From Lingula anatina (taxonomy: Eukaryota; Animalia; Brachiopoda): a DNA stretch of 64,000 nucleotides. Where the stretch lies: assembly GCA_051362555.1 (NCBI GenBank), contig CM120642.1:14260001-14324000 (forward strand). The letters run 5' to 3'. A model generated the notes under the pieces. It did not search any database. It was not told where the DNA came from and saw only the letters and a program-made list of their open reading frames with translations. The translations under genes were made by a program, and so were the position numbers. How positions within the stretch are numbered: position 1 is the stretch's first letter; the number at the start of each line of letters is the position of its first letter. This document shows, piece after piece, positions 1-13,500 of the stretch.

Positions 1-3000
1 GGCGTGGCTGAAAATAATTAATCCTCTGTTACAACATATGTCTCTTTTTTTTTCTCTGCAATTATGTTTTATAATATTATTATAGTTGTGATGTAAAAAA
101 TAACACATTTTGACTTTGAAATGGGTACAGGTATTTTCAATTTTAAAACTAATAGAAAGATATTGAGAGAGGATACTATTAGAGAGAAAAAACATTTCCA
201 ACCTTCCAATTTGGTTGAACATTGTTTTTAAATAAAAGAAAGTTTGATGGCAATATTTTATATGTTATTTTCAAATTTTCTCCAAATGATACACCTGCAT
301 TCTCTATAATATAACATTGCCTTTTCAGGCTTTTAGTTTTCCATAGTGTTTTCCCTGTTTTACAATCCCCCTCCCCCATTAGATATGTTAACGACCCTCA
401 AATAACATAATGTTGATGATATGCAAGTTGGTGTGCATGAATATGCATTTTCACATAAAAAGAGACCATGTTTGCATGAACCAAAACATCCTATTGTATA
501 GTTCTACTTCAAATAACTTTTCAAAGAGGTGACATGTTTTAAAGATATAATGTAAGTGTACTTTGCCCTGATTTATATCTGACTTCTGAAGTTGCGGAAT
601 GTGTGTTGTTATTTCCTGATTTTCCCCACACTCACTATGTTGTGTCATACAATATGTGTTGTAGTGAAGAATCGGTGTTCACTTGGCACAGCTAGGGGCA
701 ATGAAGCAGTGGAGCAGAGAGTACAAGTGGTCAAATACTTAACACCAAGTCAGCCATGCAGCAGTGCTACATGGCAAGAAACTCTGTGCTTGTTCTTTGG
801 AAAAAAAAAGAAGAAAATGAACATTAAGAAAAGTTTAAATGCTGGAGGTTCTTTAGGAGGAGAGAACTTTTTTTATGTCAGCAGCAAGTAGGACTGCTCT
901 GTGGCAGAAAACTTGGTCTCTGTTGTAAGAGCATGTTGGGGGTGGGGTTGGGGGTGGGGCTATTTCAAGAAAATCTAATAAAGGAATATTCTTAGCCACA
1001 GTAAATTATCTTTATCAATTAGTAGTAATTACCATGCTACTCTTAAGTGTGAGCCTGTACACTGGTAGCTAAGGAATATTTGTATATTTCTACCTGTTTG
1101 CCTGTGCAGTAGTAATAATAATGATGCAGTGTTAGAGCATTCTTACCAGTACAGTGCATTCATTGGTGGTATTAGATGAACCTATAGATGCATTTTCTCC
1201 CAATTTGGTTGCATTCAGATTAGATGATTCTCGGATGGTCTCCCTGCCTCCACATAGATTAAATTTTGGCTTTGAGGTTTGATTGCTTGGCTCCTGCAGG
1301 GAAGGTGTGTGTGGAGGCGGGGAGCCCATTAAGAGATTAGGTGGTCTTGCTTTCATATAGGGTATGCCATGTTTGATCCTCGGACCAGTAGATCCAAGGA
1401 TAATCTGTTGTGAATGCGACATAAGTCACACTTGTGTGTAGACTACAGATGTTAGGCCCCATTCCCATAGACACCATTGGTCTACATAGATTGATCCAAC
1501 TCTGTAGGGATTCTCACTGAGTGCAATTAGGTGACTGAATGACACACGGCCTCCTAGCTTTACGTAGAATTCAGTAAAGCTGATGGTACTCAACAAGTCC
1601 CTGCAGAGTTTGATCAATCTTTGTAGACAGATGGAGTCTATGAGAAAGAGGTCTTATTGGTTTCATGATCTTGTATTAGAACAGTATATAAAATAACAGG
1701 GATGGCTTGATAGAATATATATCTTGTACATAAGGTTCAGTGTATTATATGGATTCCACTTACTTTTGCTTTGAACCAACCTTTCTTCTTGTAGAGAAAG
1801 TCAAGTATTGAGATCAGTTGATTTTAAGAATACTAGTATTGTCTGGTATAGAACTGCAAATAGTATTTTTTCAATTTAACCGGATTTGTGGCTAACTGAT
1901 TCTTGTGTTAATCTTTTTTTTAACCTGCTTGTATCATGTTCTGACGTGGTTCTGAATGGATTTTTTAAACTTTTCATGCTGTCTCACGAATCACTTGGCA
2001 TATTCAAATGTAGTTTGTCATGTGTGGTTCACAATTCAGACATAAAAGTTTAAGATGTAAGGGGAAAAAATATCAAAGCCGCCTATTAGGCCATATGTAT
2101 TTTCCTAAACCTAGTTTTAACCAAAGTTTTAATTCAAAAGGTTTTGGAATTATTTTTTGAAGTCAACATGGTGATATGTAGTTTAAACATAAATTGTGTC
2201 AGTTACATTGTGCACAGGGTCTAGCAGGCTGAGGGGGGTGGGGGGTGGGGAATGTCAAACAATAACGAGCTGGATGCAGGACTGATAATAAATGTAGACA
2301 CCACACATTGCTTTGCCCTTAGAAGATGCTGTGTCACTGACCTAAGACAGCTTTGCAGGAGGGAAGACCTGCATCACTTCACATGTATTTCATCCATATG
2401 AGAAAACTGTTCACAACCTTGTTTAATTGGAATGGAAGCAGACTAATTTGTGTCCTCAGACGCCTATATATATATTCCACTCCCTGTGTATAATTGGTTC
2501 ACTAGGTGAGGTCAATCAGTCTATTTCAGTCTGTTTCAAAATTGTGCTTGTGAACATGCCCACATGATGTGACAAACCGGGTAATCAAGATTTTTTTTTG
2601 GTAATTTTCCCTCTCCTATTTTCATTGATATTTGAAGCTGAATGATGGTTGTTGGTGTCAAACATCACCTCAGTAGACCTACAGCCATGTTGAAGTTAGA
2701 GTTTCAGGAACATAACTATGATCTCTTCACTGACAGCATGGAGTTAGGTTTAATAAGTGTAATAGTATACTTGTATTATCTTGTGCTATTTGATATTGAG
2801 ACCAGTTTTTGTATTATTTTTTTTGGTTACCTTTTCTGCATTAAGCATTAGATTTGTCCCTCTTTGGCTTTATTATGAGTTCCTTGCATGTTTTAGTCAG
2901 ATCTAAGGTGGCCCAGATCATGACTTTTATGAATGAAGAACTGTGTTGTCAAAATATGAGTATCATTTACACTTTTGCATTAGGCTGTGCACGAGACAAA

Positions 3001-3739
3001 ACAGACACATGCAAAACATCCTTTTGCTTGTAATAAGTTAAGTTCTAAAAAAATAACAATAGGCCATGTGTCTGTTTTTTTTGTACTTTTTTGAAATTAT
3101 TTCTAGTTTTGAAATATACTACATCTGTTACTGCCTTTTTTGTTGCAGTATCTGAAGTAAATAAAGAGGTAAATTCCAACACAAAATAAAAGCGTTAGAA
3201 GAAAGTAATTTCAATTTTTAAGAGAGTGTTATCCAGTGGCATGAAAAGTTACTTAATGACCTACATGAATGTGATGTTGCTGACTTACAGGAATGCATCA
3301 AAGCAATCCTCCCTGTAGTCAAACCATAAAACCCAAAACTTGGAAAAGACCCGAACCTGTTATAGCTTTGGGGGGCTTTTGAAAAGACTAGGCCACTTGG
3401 TCAGTTAGCACTTATTTTCAACACAATATCTAACATTTGTTAAGACATATTGCAATCCCTTTACTTGTACCATTATGAAAAAGCAGCAGAAAAGGCGTGG
3501 TTTTGTTATAAATCACTTTTCTTCCAGACCTCCTTACTTTTGACACTTCTCAACCATTCAGGTAATTTAGTGTTGAGGTATTCCTTATTTTACCCAGAAA
3601 CACTGAGACATGACTTTGATATGGTGGTTTTAATAAGACTGACCCCTCAGATGACCTTAAAGTGCCTTACTCTTTGTTTTTTCAATGATGCTTACAGCTA
3701 GAACTGGCTTCTGCTGCTTCATTCTAGGACACATTGTAA

Positions 3740-3969
3740 GACTGGGTTCCCATGCCTAGATCGATCCATCTGTATCGACATTACTCCCTGTGGGTTCACG
3801 CTAAATTGCTATCAGCTTAAGAGACTTAATAGTCTGGTATGCCTACCGAATCAGCTAATGGGTGTACTTAACTTTCTTGCACGCTGCTTGGCCTTGCCGA
3901 TAGCAGATAGCAATTTAGTGAGACTCCCTGTGGAGATAGATTGATTCAAATATTTGTGGGAATCGTCCC
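3740..3969. mobile_element. Degenerate MITE with TAA flanks
   Basis: CTAAATTGCTATC (3801-3813) is the reverse complement of GATAGCAATTTAG (3906-3918). Outer TTCCCA/TGGGAA also pair, and TAA lies on both sides. Confidence 0.55.
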
Positions 3970-6900
3970 TAAGATTGCTAGTGGACCAATTTTTATTGGA
4001 TTTTATGCAGAGTTGATTAAATCATTTTCTTGATGCTTTCATGGCTGTCATTGAAATTGGGATTATTGTCCATTTAAACAGAAAAACTACTGTATAAACC
4101 CAAGTTTGAAAATGATACATGCTCTCAAAGCATTTCTTCCAAACAAGATTAAAATTATAAAGATGAAAGAACATGAATATTGCCTTTGGATTACAGTTTC
4201 AAATAGCCATTGGGGTTCCTGCACACCAGGAGAGAGGGGGCAACCTTCTGTCTGTTGCCAATAAAAAACCAAGAACAACTGTGGCCTTTGATGTCATTTC
4301 AATTTGATTATGATCTTGATGAAAGCAGCCTCAGTAATGATCCTTCCACCTGTGTATTGTTTCTGCCTATTAGTAGACAATGAGCAGGCCAGCTGCCTCC
4401 AACCTCAGACCGCTTGCACTGCTCACAGGCAGGAAATATTTGGTGATATAGTTCACCTTGAATGTTTTGCAGAACACTTCTTTGCTGATTGTTTTTAGTG
4501 GTGGTAGATTGGGAAGGGGGGGGCTGGGGGCTGGGAGGGGTATGGCTATGCTGGACACACACAGTTGTGATGGAAGCTTCCAAAAATTATTTATATGTAA
4601 TATATTCTAGAATAACAAAAGTCAATGTCTTACATGATATATTATACCTGCACTGCTGTATCCCCTTTTTATATCAAAGCAAAACAACTGTTATATTCTG
4701 AAATCAGATAAATTACTGGGCATCATCTGTGTTAGTCATTTTCCTAGAAACGCTGTACTCTGTCCTATGTATGACTTGGAAGAGGAATTGCAAGACTTTC
4801 AACTACTAACAATCAGGCAGATTATTATTATTGCTAACATCTAAAATTTGGTAATTTGGTATAGGCACATTTTTTAAAAGGGCCATGTGTGAAATGAAGG
4901 GGTAGCTGAAATATTCAAAGATGTTGGTGAAGTATAAACAGTTAGTCTGTTCAAGCCTAAATTTGGGCCAATATCCCTTAGCATTGCCCAAAGAAGTGGG
5001 AGGTTTGATTATGATAAGTTCATCATAACAAGCAAACCTAAGCCCACTCTTTTCCAACCTTCCCTTTTGTTATTAAGGTAATCTATTTGCAGTTTATTTT
5101 ATTTTATTTTTCTTTTTTGTCATTTTTGTGAAATGACATATGGTAATGTGTCCTTGCCTCCTAAATTTAGACATTTTCTTCAATGGAGTTGTACATGAAT
5201 TGCAGTAGTCATTATTTGTGGCCAAACATGTTAAGTGAATAGCTGGATTTTAACAATTGGGATGTATTGAAAAACTGCATACCACAGCCAGATATAGTTG
5301 CCAATAGTATGTGTTGATGATAATAGCAATTAATGACTTGGAATGCTGTATTGGTTACTACAAATCCTCTGTCACACCAGGTAGGGGGTAGTTGTAGGTG
5401 GAATCAGTGATGCGATCCTGTTTGCTTACTTGTCTTCTCAGGACTTGTGATTATGCAGCTTACATGGTTTTAGGGTCCAAATATAGCACAGAACAATCAG
5501 GAAAATTGATTGTCATCAAAACACATTTTGAAATGGATATTAACTGTGGGAAAATAGAATTTGTGACTGACATTAAAATGATCAATTTTCTGGACTGGCG
5601 TTACAAAGCCTTTTGCCAGAGCCATGTATAATACATGTGAAGATATGGTTGAACACGTTCTAGGTAATAGTATGAAGCGTGTAGATGCCCTGAGCTATCC
5701 CGGAACACAATAATGAGGCGTTGGTTTCTAGGAGATTAGGATTAGGTTGTGGGCAGTACTTTGATTAACTCTGTGGTTTGTGTATGTGGGGGTGGTAGTG
5801 GCGGCTGTCTGTGTGTGCAAACCACTTTGATCAGACACTCTAATTGATCTGCATCTGATTGCCCTTAGAGATCTATGCGTAGTAATGACTTGGATAAGAA
5901 TTTGTCATTAGTGAACCCCTTGTCAGGAGGCAAATTGTCTGGTTGGGTGCTTATAACAGGTTGTTTTTGCAAAGCAGATTGGGAAATTAGTTTGCTATAC
6001 ATGTGAAACTATTAAAAAGTTGGCAGAACATCTGAGAGGGTTCTTGGTAACATGTTATTGTCCTGTGCCCCCACATTTTCTTATTTTGGGACACCATCTG
6101 TTTGAACTGGGTTAATAATCGTGTAATGCAAAGAATCAATTTCACCAAACACTTTACCAACCAGATTGATTAGTGTGTGCAGACTACTCCTAAACTTCAG
6201 TTCAGAATTGCTTTCAGGAAACGTGTTATCTTCTGTTTTGCTGTGTCTGGGTGATTAGCAATTGAATTACGTGTTCAATTAGGGTGAATAATAGCAGTAG
6301 CAAATGTCACCACTCATGGAACAAGTAGCATATTTTGATGGATGCGTGGGCTTGAGGCATGGATATTGTCAACCACTGCATCATTGAAGAACATGCATTC
6401 TAGAAATAAGCCAAAAACAACAGGTCAATTTTAGTCTCTTTTTGCCTTTTTTTTTTGGCAAAGCAGCTGTATTAAGAAGTGCTTTGACTGTAATTTTGGA
6501 CTTAGAATTTTGTTTTTGTTTCCTATGAAAAACCTCTCTTGTTTTATGTATGTGTGATATAAAAGCCCCATTGCCCTTCATATGCCCCTTTCCTGAACTT
6601 TTCCCTCTGCCACCAGCCGTCTGAGTGCAGTTCATTGACGAGCAAACAACTCAGAAATCATAAATGTCAGTAGGGTATGTTCTGGGTCCCCCATCTGAAA
6701 CATCTTCACCACAGCTAAGGGTATTTTTGCAATCCATTATCAGCAACCAGACATCATTTAAAAATGGTATGTAGGGCTTTAACCTTGCTGAGTGCAGCTC
6801 GTGCTCTTGTTCTTGGAATCCATAAGGTTTTTAACTGGTGCCTTCACAAGTACAGTTATTTCATGTTTGTCACTGCCAGTGTATGTAAATAATCAGATAA

Positions 6901-9900
6901 ATTGGTCTATCAGTGATGGAGGACATTTTCACTTCTTGACTATTAGTTTTAGATTTAGTTATGGCCTGAAAATAACCTGTTAGCTTAGTAGGAAGGTATG
7001 CCCATTTCATTAAAAAATACCACCCTTTACATGCAGTAGATTTACATGTAGTAGATTTGTTCCTATACTTTGTTGTATCTTGACCTCTGGGTTAATAGGA
7101 GGGCACTGTGAAGTGGCATCAAAGTCAATCTTGTTACATGATCCTCTCATTTACCTCCTCTGCTGTCATATGTCATTATTGAACCAGCCTTAATATCTTA
7201 GTTAGATTTGATAGAGTAGAACAAATTGGACAAGAATGCTTTTTTTTTCTTTTTTTTTTGCTGAATTGTTCATTAAATGCCAAAGCCTGGTATTGTCTTT
7301 TTAAAGCATTGTCTGGAAGAAACCTGGTCCCCACTCATGGCTGTTCTTAGGGTGCTTTGTAAATTGGAGGGATGACAAACAATGGCAGGCCTAGACAGAC
7401 AGATCAGAAGGGTCATCTGCAGGTTTTTTCATTTCTTCTTTTTGGGTGTTTCTGAACTGATTGTTGGCCTTCAAAGATAGTCTGGACATTTTCAAAGGCA
7501 TTTACAAAAATAAAATAAGTCTCATTTCTTTCATCTCCCTCAGACAAAAGAGAAAGAACTTTCACATGTTTATGAACCCCAAAGATACTATTCTTTTGCA
7601 GTTTTATAGCCGAGGTTATGTCATCATTTCAATATCTAAAACCTTCAAAGTGTCCAGTCCTATTAAATGTAAAGAGTTATTTCCACCTGCCACCCTCCTA
7701 GACAAAAACGGTTAGTACAGACTTTCACATCTCATAAGAATTCCCACTGAATGTATCCCCCATGGGTTAAAGCTGTCTAAATTAATTGAGTTCATGTAGA
7801 GATGCTTAATTATTGTCCCTCCCCTTTTCCTCCACTTGGTCACTTGTGGTCACTATTCTCAGCTGGACTCTGGGCACCTGTTGGTAGAATAGGAAGCAGT
7901 CTTCTGTCCGGAGCTTTATCAAATAGTTCTTAAATAGACAGCATGCTGGCTGCTAGTCTGTTCTACTATTTCGGGGTCACACACTTGGGCCAGGGTGTTA
8001 CTGTGATGTATGCTAAATTGTGAATGTGATATATACCCACCTGAAGAGAGGCTTTGATTTTAGTGTGGTATTGATTAGGTGAATGATATATCAATTCCCA
8101 TTGAAAGGAAAGGGACATTCATTCCTGAGGAGACTTTGTTTGAAAAAAAAAATGCATTTTTTGTTTTAGTTTTATAAACCAGCAAGAGGGAGTTTGTTTG
8201 ATTGAATTAGGTGTTTATAAGAAAGCGACTAAGGGGATGTTTGGCAATACTGTGCAGTTGCTTCATGAGGAATTCTTAAGAATTGAAAACCGTATTCAAC
8301 GCGCAAAATGAACATAGGCATACATGTTCCAAAAATAAATAAATAATAGTAATGATAAGATGTCCATATCAGCATTCATTATGATTGTTTGCATAAAGCT
8401 GCAACAAGAGTTTCAGAACATAGCTGTAGCTGTGGTAGGCTCTAATTTGTTGATGCCAATGACCTAAATAACCTTGTTTTTTTGTATTTAGAAGTTTTCA
8501 CCCAAGAATGTGAGCCCCAGTATAGGCAGCAGCTGTAAAATGACCACAAACGTTACCACAACAATGTAAAACACCAGATACCAGTATAATATAGCACCTG
8601 TTAAGAGATATTATATATATATAGTATAAGTACTGCCATTAGATAAAAGTACATAAATATAGGAAAATAAGATCTTTGTCATACTTACAAGGTTGGTATG
8701 GAAAGCTAATGGTTAGTTAGCAAGATTGCCTTCTCTTCTCATCCAAAACTAATTTGTGCTGTTCTGACTTTTGGTCAGCAACTGGTCATTTTTGACTTGA
8801 CCAGTCCCTTCAGTTTCTAGTTTTGGCCTGGTTCATTGAATAATGCAGCCCCAGTATGTTACAGGCTGGTCAGTAGTCTTGGTCAGTCTTTTCAGTTATC
8901 TATAGAATTTGCCTGGTCAGATGTTTCAATTTCTGCAGGGTTTTGTCTGGACAGTAAAACTTCTCCTGGTCATTTTCTTCAACTATCTCGCCTGGTCAGT
9001 TGTCATAGCTATCCTGAATTAACGACAAAGATGAAATTAAGAAAAAATTAATTAAAAGCCCGTGGCAAGGATAAAAAGTGGACACACGGTCCAGCAGTGG
9101 GCAGTTGCTGCAGGAAGTGATAGGATAGGTTGGGGTGACTATGCTCCTGCCAGTGTCAGACAAGTGTGACAGGGGGCTCACAGGGTGGAGCTCACTACAG
9201 GGCACATGTTCCAGAGGGACCAGCTCAAAATGGATTTTTCTGGGGAACTTGATACTATTGTGTATTGAGTAAGATTTATGGAGGAGCATCATTTATAGAA
9301 TTATTGTATTCAAATAGACTTTGGTCACTGAAAAAAGCCATTCTGTGGCAGAAAAAAACTTTGAACAGTTTCTTTGATAATTGTGTTTGAGGTGTGAGTT
9401 ATAAAATTTGTCTTCACAGATGAGACATTCATTTTATAAACATAAGTAAAAATCTGAAAAAACTTTCCTCAGTGTATCAAATATTGATTATAATGCTGTT
9501 GGAACTGGTTTGGGACCTTCAGAAATCCTGCAATGAAATACTGTCAGGATTTTATTGGTCTGGAAAGTAATAACATTGAGATAAAAAGATTTGTTAGTTT
9601 TGAAAAGTTCCCAAGTCCAAGTTAACAGGAAGCACCCTACATCCAATTTGTTTTTCGCCTATTGTTTTACACATGATCTATCGTATTTAATCTGATGGAA
9701 TTGTTTTACCAGCAATTTTCATTGACCTTTTGCAACTATATATCACTCGAGGTCTGTAGTTTATGGTGGGCTGTGATTAGTTTGGAGCCTTTTGCCACAG
9801 CAACACCACAACTTCATCTGTGCCGTAAAAGTTGACAGAGTAAGATTTCATATATCACATCTGAAAGGGTGGCAAAAATAGCACTCTAATTAATAGGGTG

Positions 9901-10434
9901 GTTATGACTAAGCTTTCAAAGAGTTCTTAAACAATTTAGGTGCTTGCTGGCTCCCACACAAATCGCTGGCTGTTGTTGAAAAGAAGGAAAATTGAGGCTC
10001 TTCCTAGCATGCACACAATTCACCAAATACTGAAACTAGTGTACTTTGGCTAGAGAAAATGGAGAAAAAGTGTAATATTTTTTCCTCTATTTCTCATTAA
10101 CTTAGCGAAAAACTAGTTATTTGGCTGCAGCTAAAATTTTGCTAGCATGACTTCCGCAAGTTACATACCTACCACATAACACCACCTGCGTAGTTTTTAA
10201 CTATTATTGCCTTAGTCTCTCTCTATGACATGAAATAAAATTCAGGGTAAGAGTTGAAATTAGTTCCCACCTCCTCTCCAGAACCCCAAAACCCCTCAGC
10301 TTGAATAGTGATAAACTGAAACTGTTTTATCACCTGTGCCAAACACGCCCACTGACAGAGCACATGGCGATATACCAGTTGTGAAGATTTTTTAAACTCA
10401 AAATCAATTGTCTTATATGTTTGTCTTCTTCCAG

Positions 10435-10579
10435 GATCAGCAGGACCTGGACGGGGCCCAGCAACCCATGAGCTACAGAGAAGAACGCTTCCTTTCATTT
10501 GCCTCGCTGGAGTATGCTGGCAAGATCTACATGACTCCCCAAGACTTCCTGGAGTCCGTGATACAGGAAGAACCTAGAG
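10435..10579 (+). CDS. MICU3: MICU3-like exon ([48 protein letters not shown])
   Basis: Acceptor ttgtcttcttccag, donor G|gtcaga, ends in phase 1. Contains the F..FAS.EY.G..YMTP.DF motif of MICU proteins. Confidence 0.9.
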
Positions 10580-13500
10580 GTCAGAGACACGCAGAGCACT
10601 AGGGCTAGAAGATTGATTTAAAATATTAGAGTACAACTTTAGTTGGCATTGTATTCTTTGGAAATGTCACCTTATGCATATCTGTATTTTTGCAAGTGTG
10701 TTTGTCTTTCTTTCTGTCTGTCCATCTGTCTATCTCTGACAATAAGTGTGTCTGCTTGCATGTCTTTGCTATAAGTAAAAGGTTACAAAAAAAAAAAAAA
10801 AAAAAAATGGCCAGTACACCATGCACAATGAAAGTGTTGATTTTTTATTTCTCTGAATGCTGAATGTAAAATGATTCTTTTCTAAGACTTGAAACAAAGT
10901 TGTACGTGTGTATTCTCATGCCTGCTGCATATATGAGTAAAGGTACGTATATATTTTTGTTTGTTTGTTTGTTTTGTCCCCAAATAGTTGAAGTCTGGGG
11001 GATAGTTGTATAAGTCGAGTACTTTTACCACGTGGGACAGCTTAAAATGTCTGAGGAAATAACATTAGAAAAAGACTCTTTGTGACTGTAGGCAATTTTT
11101 TTTTATAGTTGAGCACATGTGCCTTAATTGAAAGAGGTGTGTTTTCTGGTTTGGTAAATAAAAGACTGTGAAAATCATTTATCTTAGCTAAATAACAGAA
11201 TTACTTTTTCCAACGTTTAGCACCTGGGTGGCTTGAAGGATTTGCCACCGTGTTGTTTCAACTTAACATTTGTAGCCTTCTCAAAGATGTGAACATTTTG
11301 ACATTAGGAGCTATTTATTAGGCAAATCTGTTTTTTGTAATTTAGAGAAGAAGTATCCTAAAATAGTGCTTGGTTGTTCGAATTGAAGTTGTTTAGATAT
11401 ACAAAACACTTATGAACTCCATGTTCTTGGGTGAACTTGGGTCAAAAATGACAACAAACAGTGGGATGGGTATAATTATTAAAAAGGAACATCAATTGGA
11501 ACAGCATTAACATAAAACGGTGCTGAAAAATGAACAAATGTGAAAAATATGTGAATCACACCTCTCACTTTACCCAATATTCTTTCTCACTTATGATGGT
11601 ATGGAGAAAACAAGATGCTCTTCTCCTAAATGTCATTGCTTTAGGAAAAGATGCATACACATTGCAAATGTACACGCATGCTCATGCAAACAAAGCCAAG
11701 TATGCATGAGCATACACACACACGAGAACATTTGCGTTCATTTGACAGGTGCATGTTTGGTAAACAGGTTCTTTATAGGAACACACTTTTATCTGCAAAC
11801 GCGAAAACATGTGCATGCTCTGGAGCATGTTGCATATACACATGCACTCACACAAGTTACTCTAGCTACAGTGGCAATGTAAAAAGAAATAATAATAATA
11901 CCAAACATTCTTATAATCATGGGTGGGCAGATAGCACTCTGTGTAGATGCTGACATAGGGGCAATGAACCAGAGGAATGACGGAGCATTCGTCTGTTTCT
12001 GAAAATGAGAACATTTTTCATCATTTCCTAGTGCAAATCCCACAGGTATATGATCTTACTTATCATTGTGTGCCTCAATGCCCTAAAGTACTGAAACAGC
12101 TCAGACCTATTCCGCCACAATAATGGGTGTCTCGACAGGCTACTTTGGAAGTTAATGTGAAAATCAAAGCAAAAAGGTCAGAGTCTATAAACTCGGGTCT
12201 CTATAAAGTGGTTTCATGGGTATAAGGATGTACCAAAGTCTGGAGAACACTAGGAACACCATTTCTTCACATGATCACATGGCTTAGTTTTACTGTCCCT
12301 GGTGTGCAAGATCAGTTCTGATGACTTTTTGTATCACTCTTCTACTTTGAAATGTTTCTGTCATGTAACTTTGACCCATGGTCTGCAGGTATTTCACCCA
12401 ACTATAAACCATACTGGGTTGTTCTCGTAGTGCAGGTTTTATTTTAGATTAACAAGTGAAATAAGGCCGTTTTTATTGTAAAGTACAATGGTGTTTAAAA
12501 CTGCTATCACCTTGTTATCTATAGGGATGCCCATTGAGATGTAATTGCAAGATGGTTACACATAAGGTACCGATGGTATCTATAGTTATCATAGTACCAC
12601 AGGGGGAAAAACAACTTTTGAAACAATGGCCAATTGGTTGTATTAAAGTGAAGATCGGGGTCTAGATAAAATGGTCGAAGCATATGATCTGGGGATTTTC
12701 ATGTAGTTTATTATGTACTTGTGTGCTGTGAGGCTGGTGTGGCCCTACTCAGAGCGCATTCAGAACAGTGAATGAATGGACCCACAGATCAAATATGGAG
12801 ACCCACTAAAAACCTTGCCACTTAATTCCGGATTAGACATTGAATAGATTTTCTGCGGGGATTACGCATCAAGCAGCCAAGTGGGTCGGCCACATTTGAT
12901 CTGCGGATCTGTAAGTCCGCTGTTCTGAATGCGTTCTCAGAGGTCTTGCTGTATTGTGTTGAGTGGTAGGTTACATCTGTCGCATGCTGGTTACCAAGTA
13001 CAAGACAGGACACCATGTTGTGGAGGGCATGATCTCGAGATTAACAGATTGTTACATCAGCCAAGTCTTGATTCAATACAGTACATGTTATTGAGGAAAT
13101 TGGCCAAAAAATTTAGCTGGAAACACCCAAATTTATTCCCTAATAATTTAAGAAAAACAGTTAGTGTTTTAAAACTGTGTGGATATTTATAGAGTACTTC
13201 TGGAAACTGGAGGTTTACATCCAGGTACACAGACAAAGTGTATACTGTGTCATTAAGGCAATGCTTCTGAACTGTTAAAATGTAAAATGCATAAGGTTCA
13301 GTTAGAAAACAATGTAGTAAATCTTGGGAAAGTTACAATCATTTACTGTAAAATTACAGTGTAAAAGCATTCTTTAATGAATTTATTATTTTTTCAATAC
13401 TTTATTCTTTCAACAAGAAACACATCCTTTAATTCTATCAGTGCATAAGTAATTGTATTGATAACCAGTTATAGCTTTATTTCAGTGATATTTTTTATAA

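Noticed and set aside
1-10434. MICU3 first exon with mitochondrial targeting sequence
   Set aside because: No convincing + strand exon with suitable composition and a phase-0 donor was found. It probably lies upstream of the window.
11601-12043. His/Thr/Cys-rich overlapping ORFs (similar ones at 20885-21603)
   Set aside because: Degenerate (CA/TG)n low-complexity sequence lacks stops by composition. No splice or family support.
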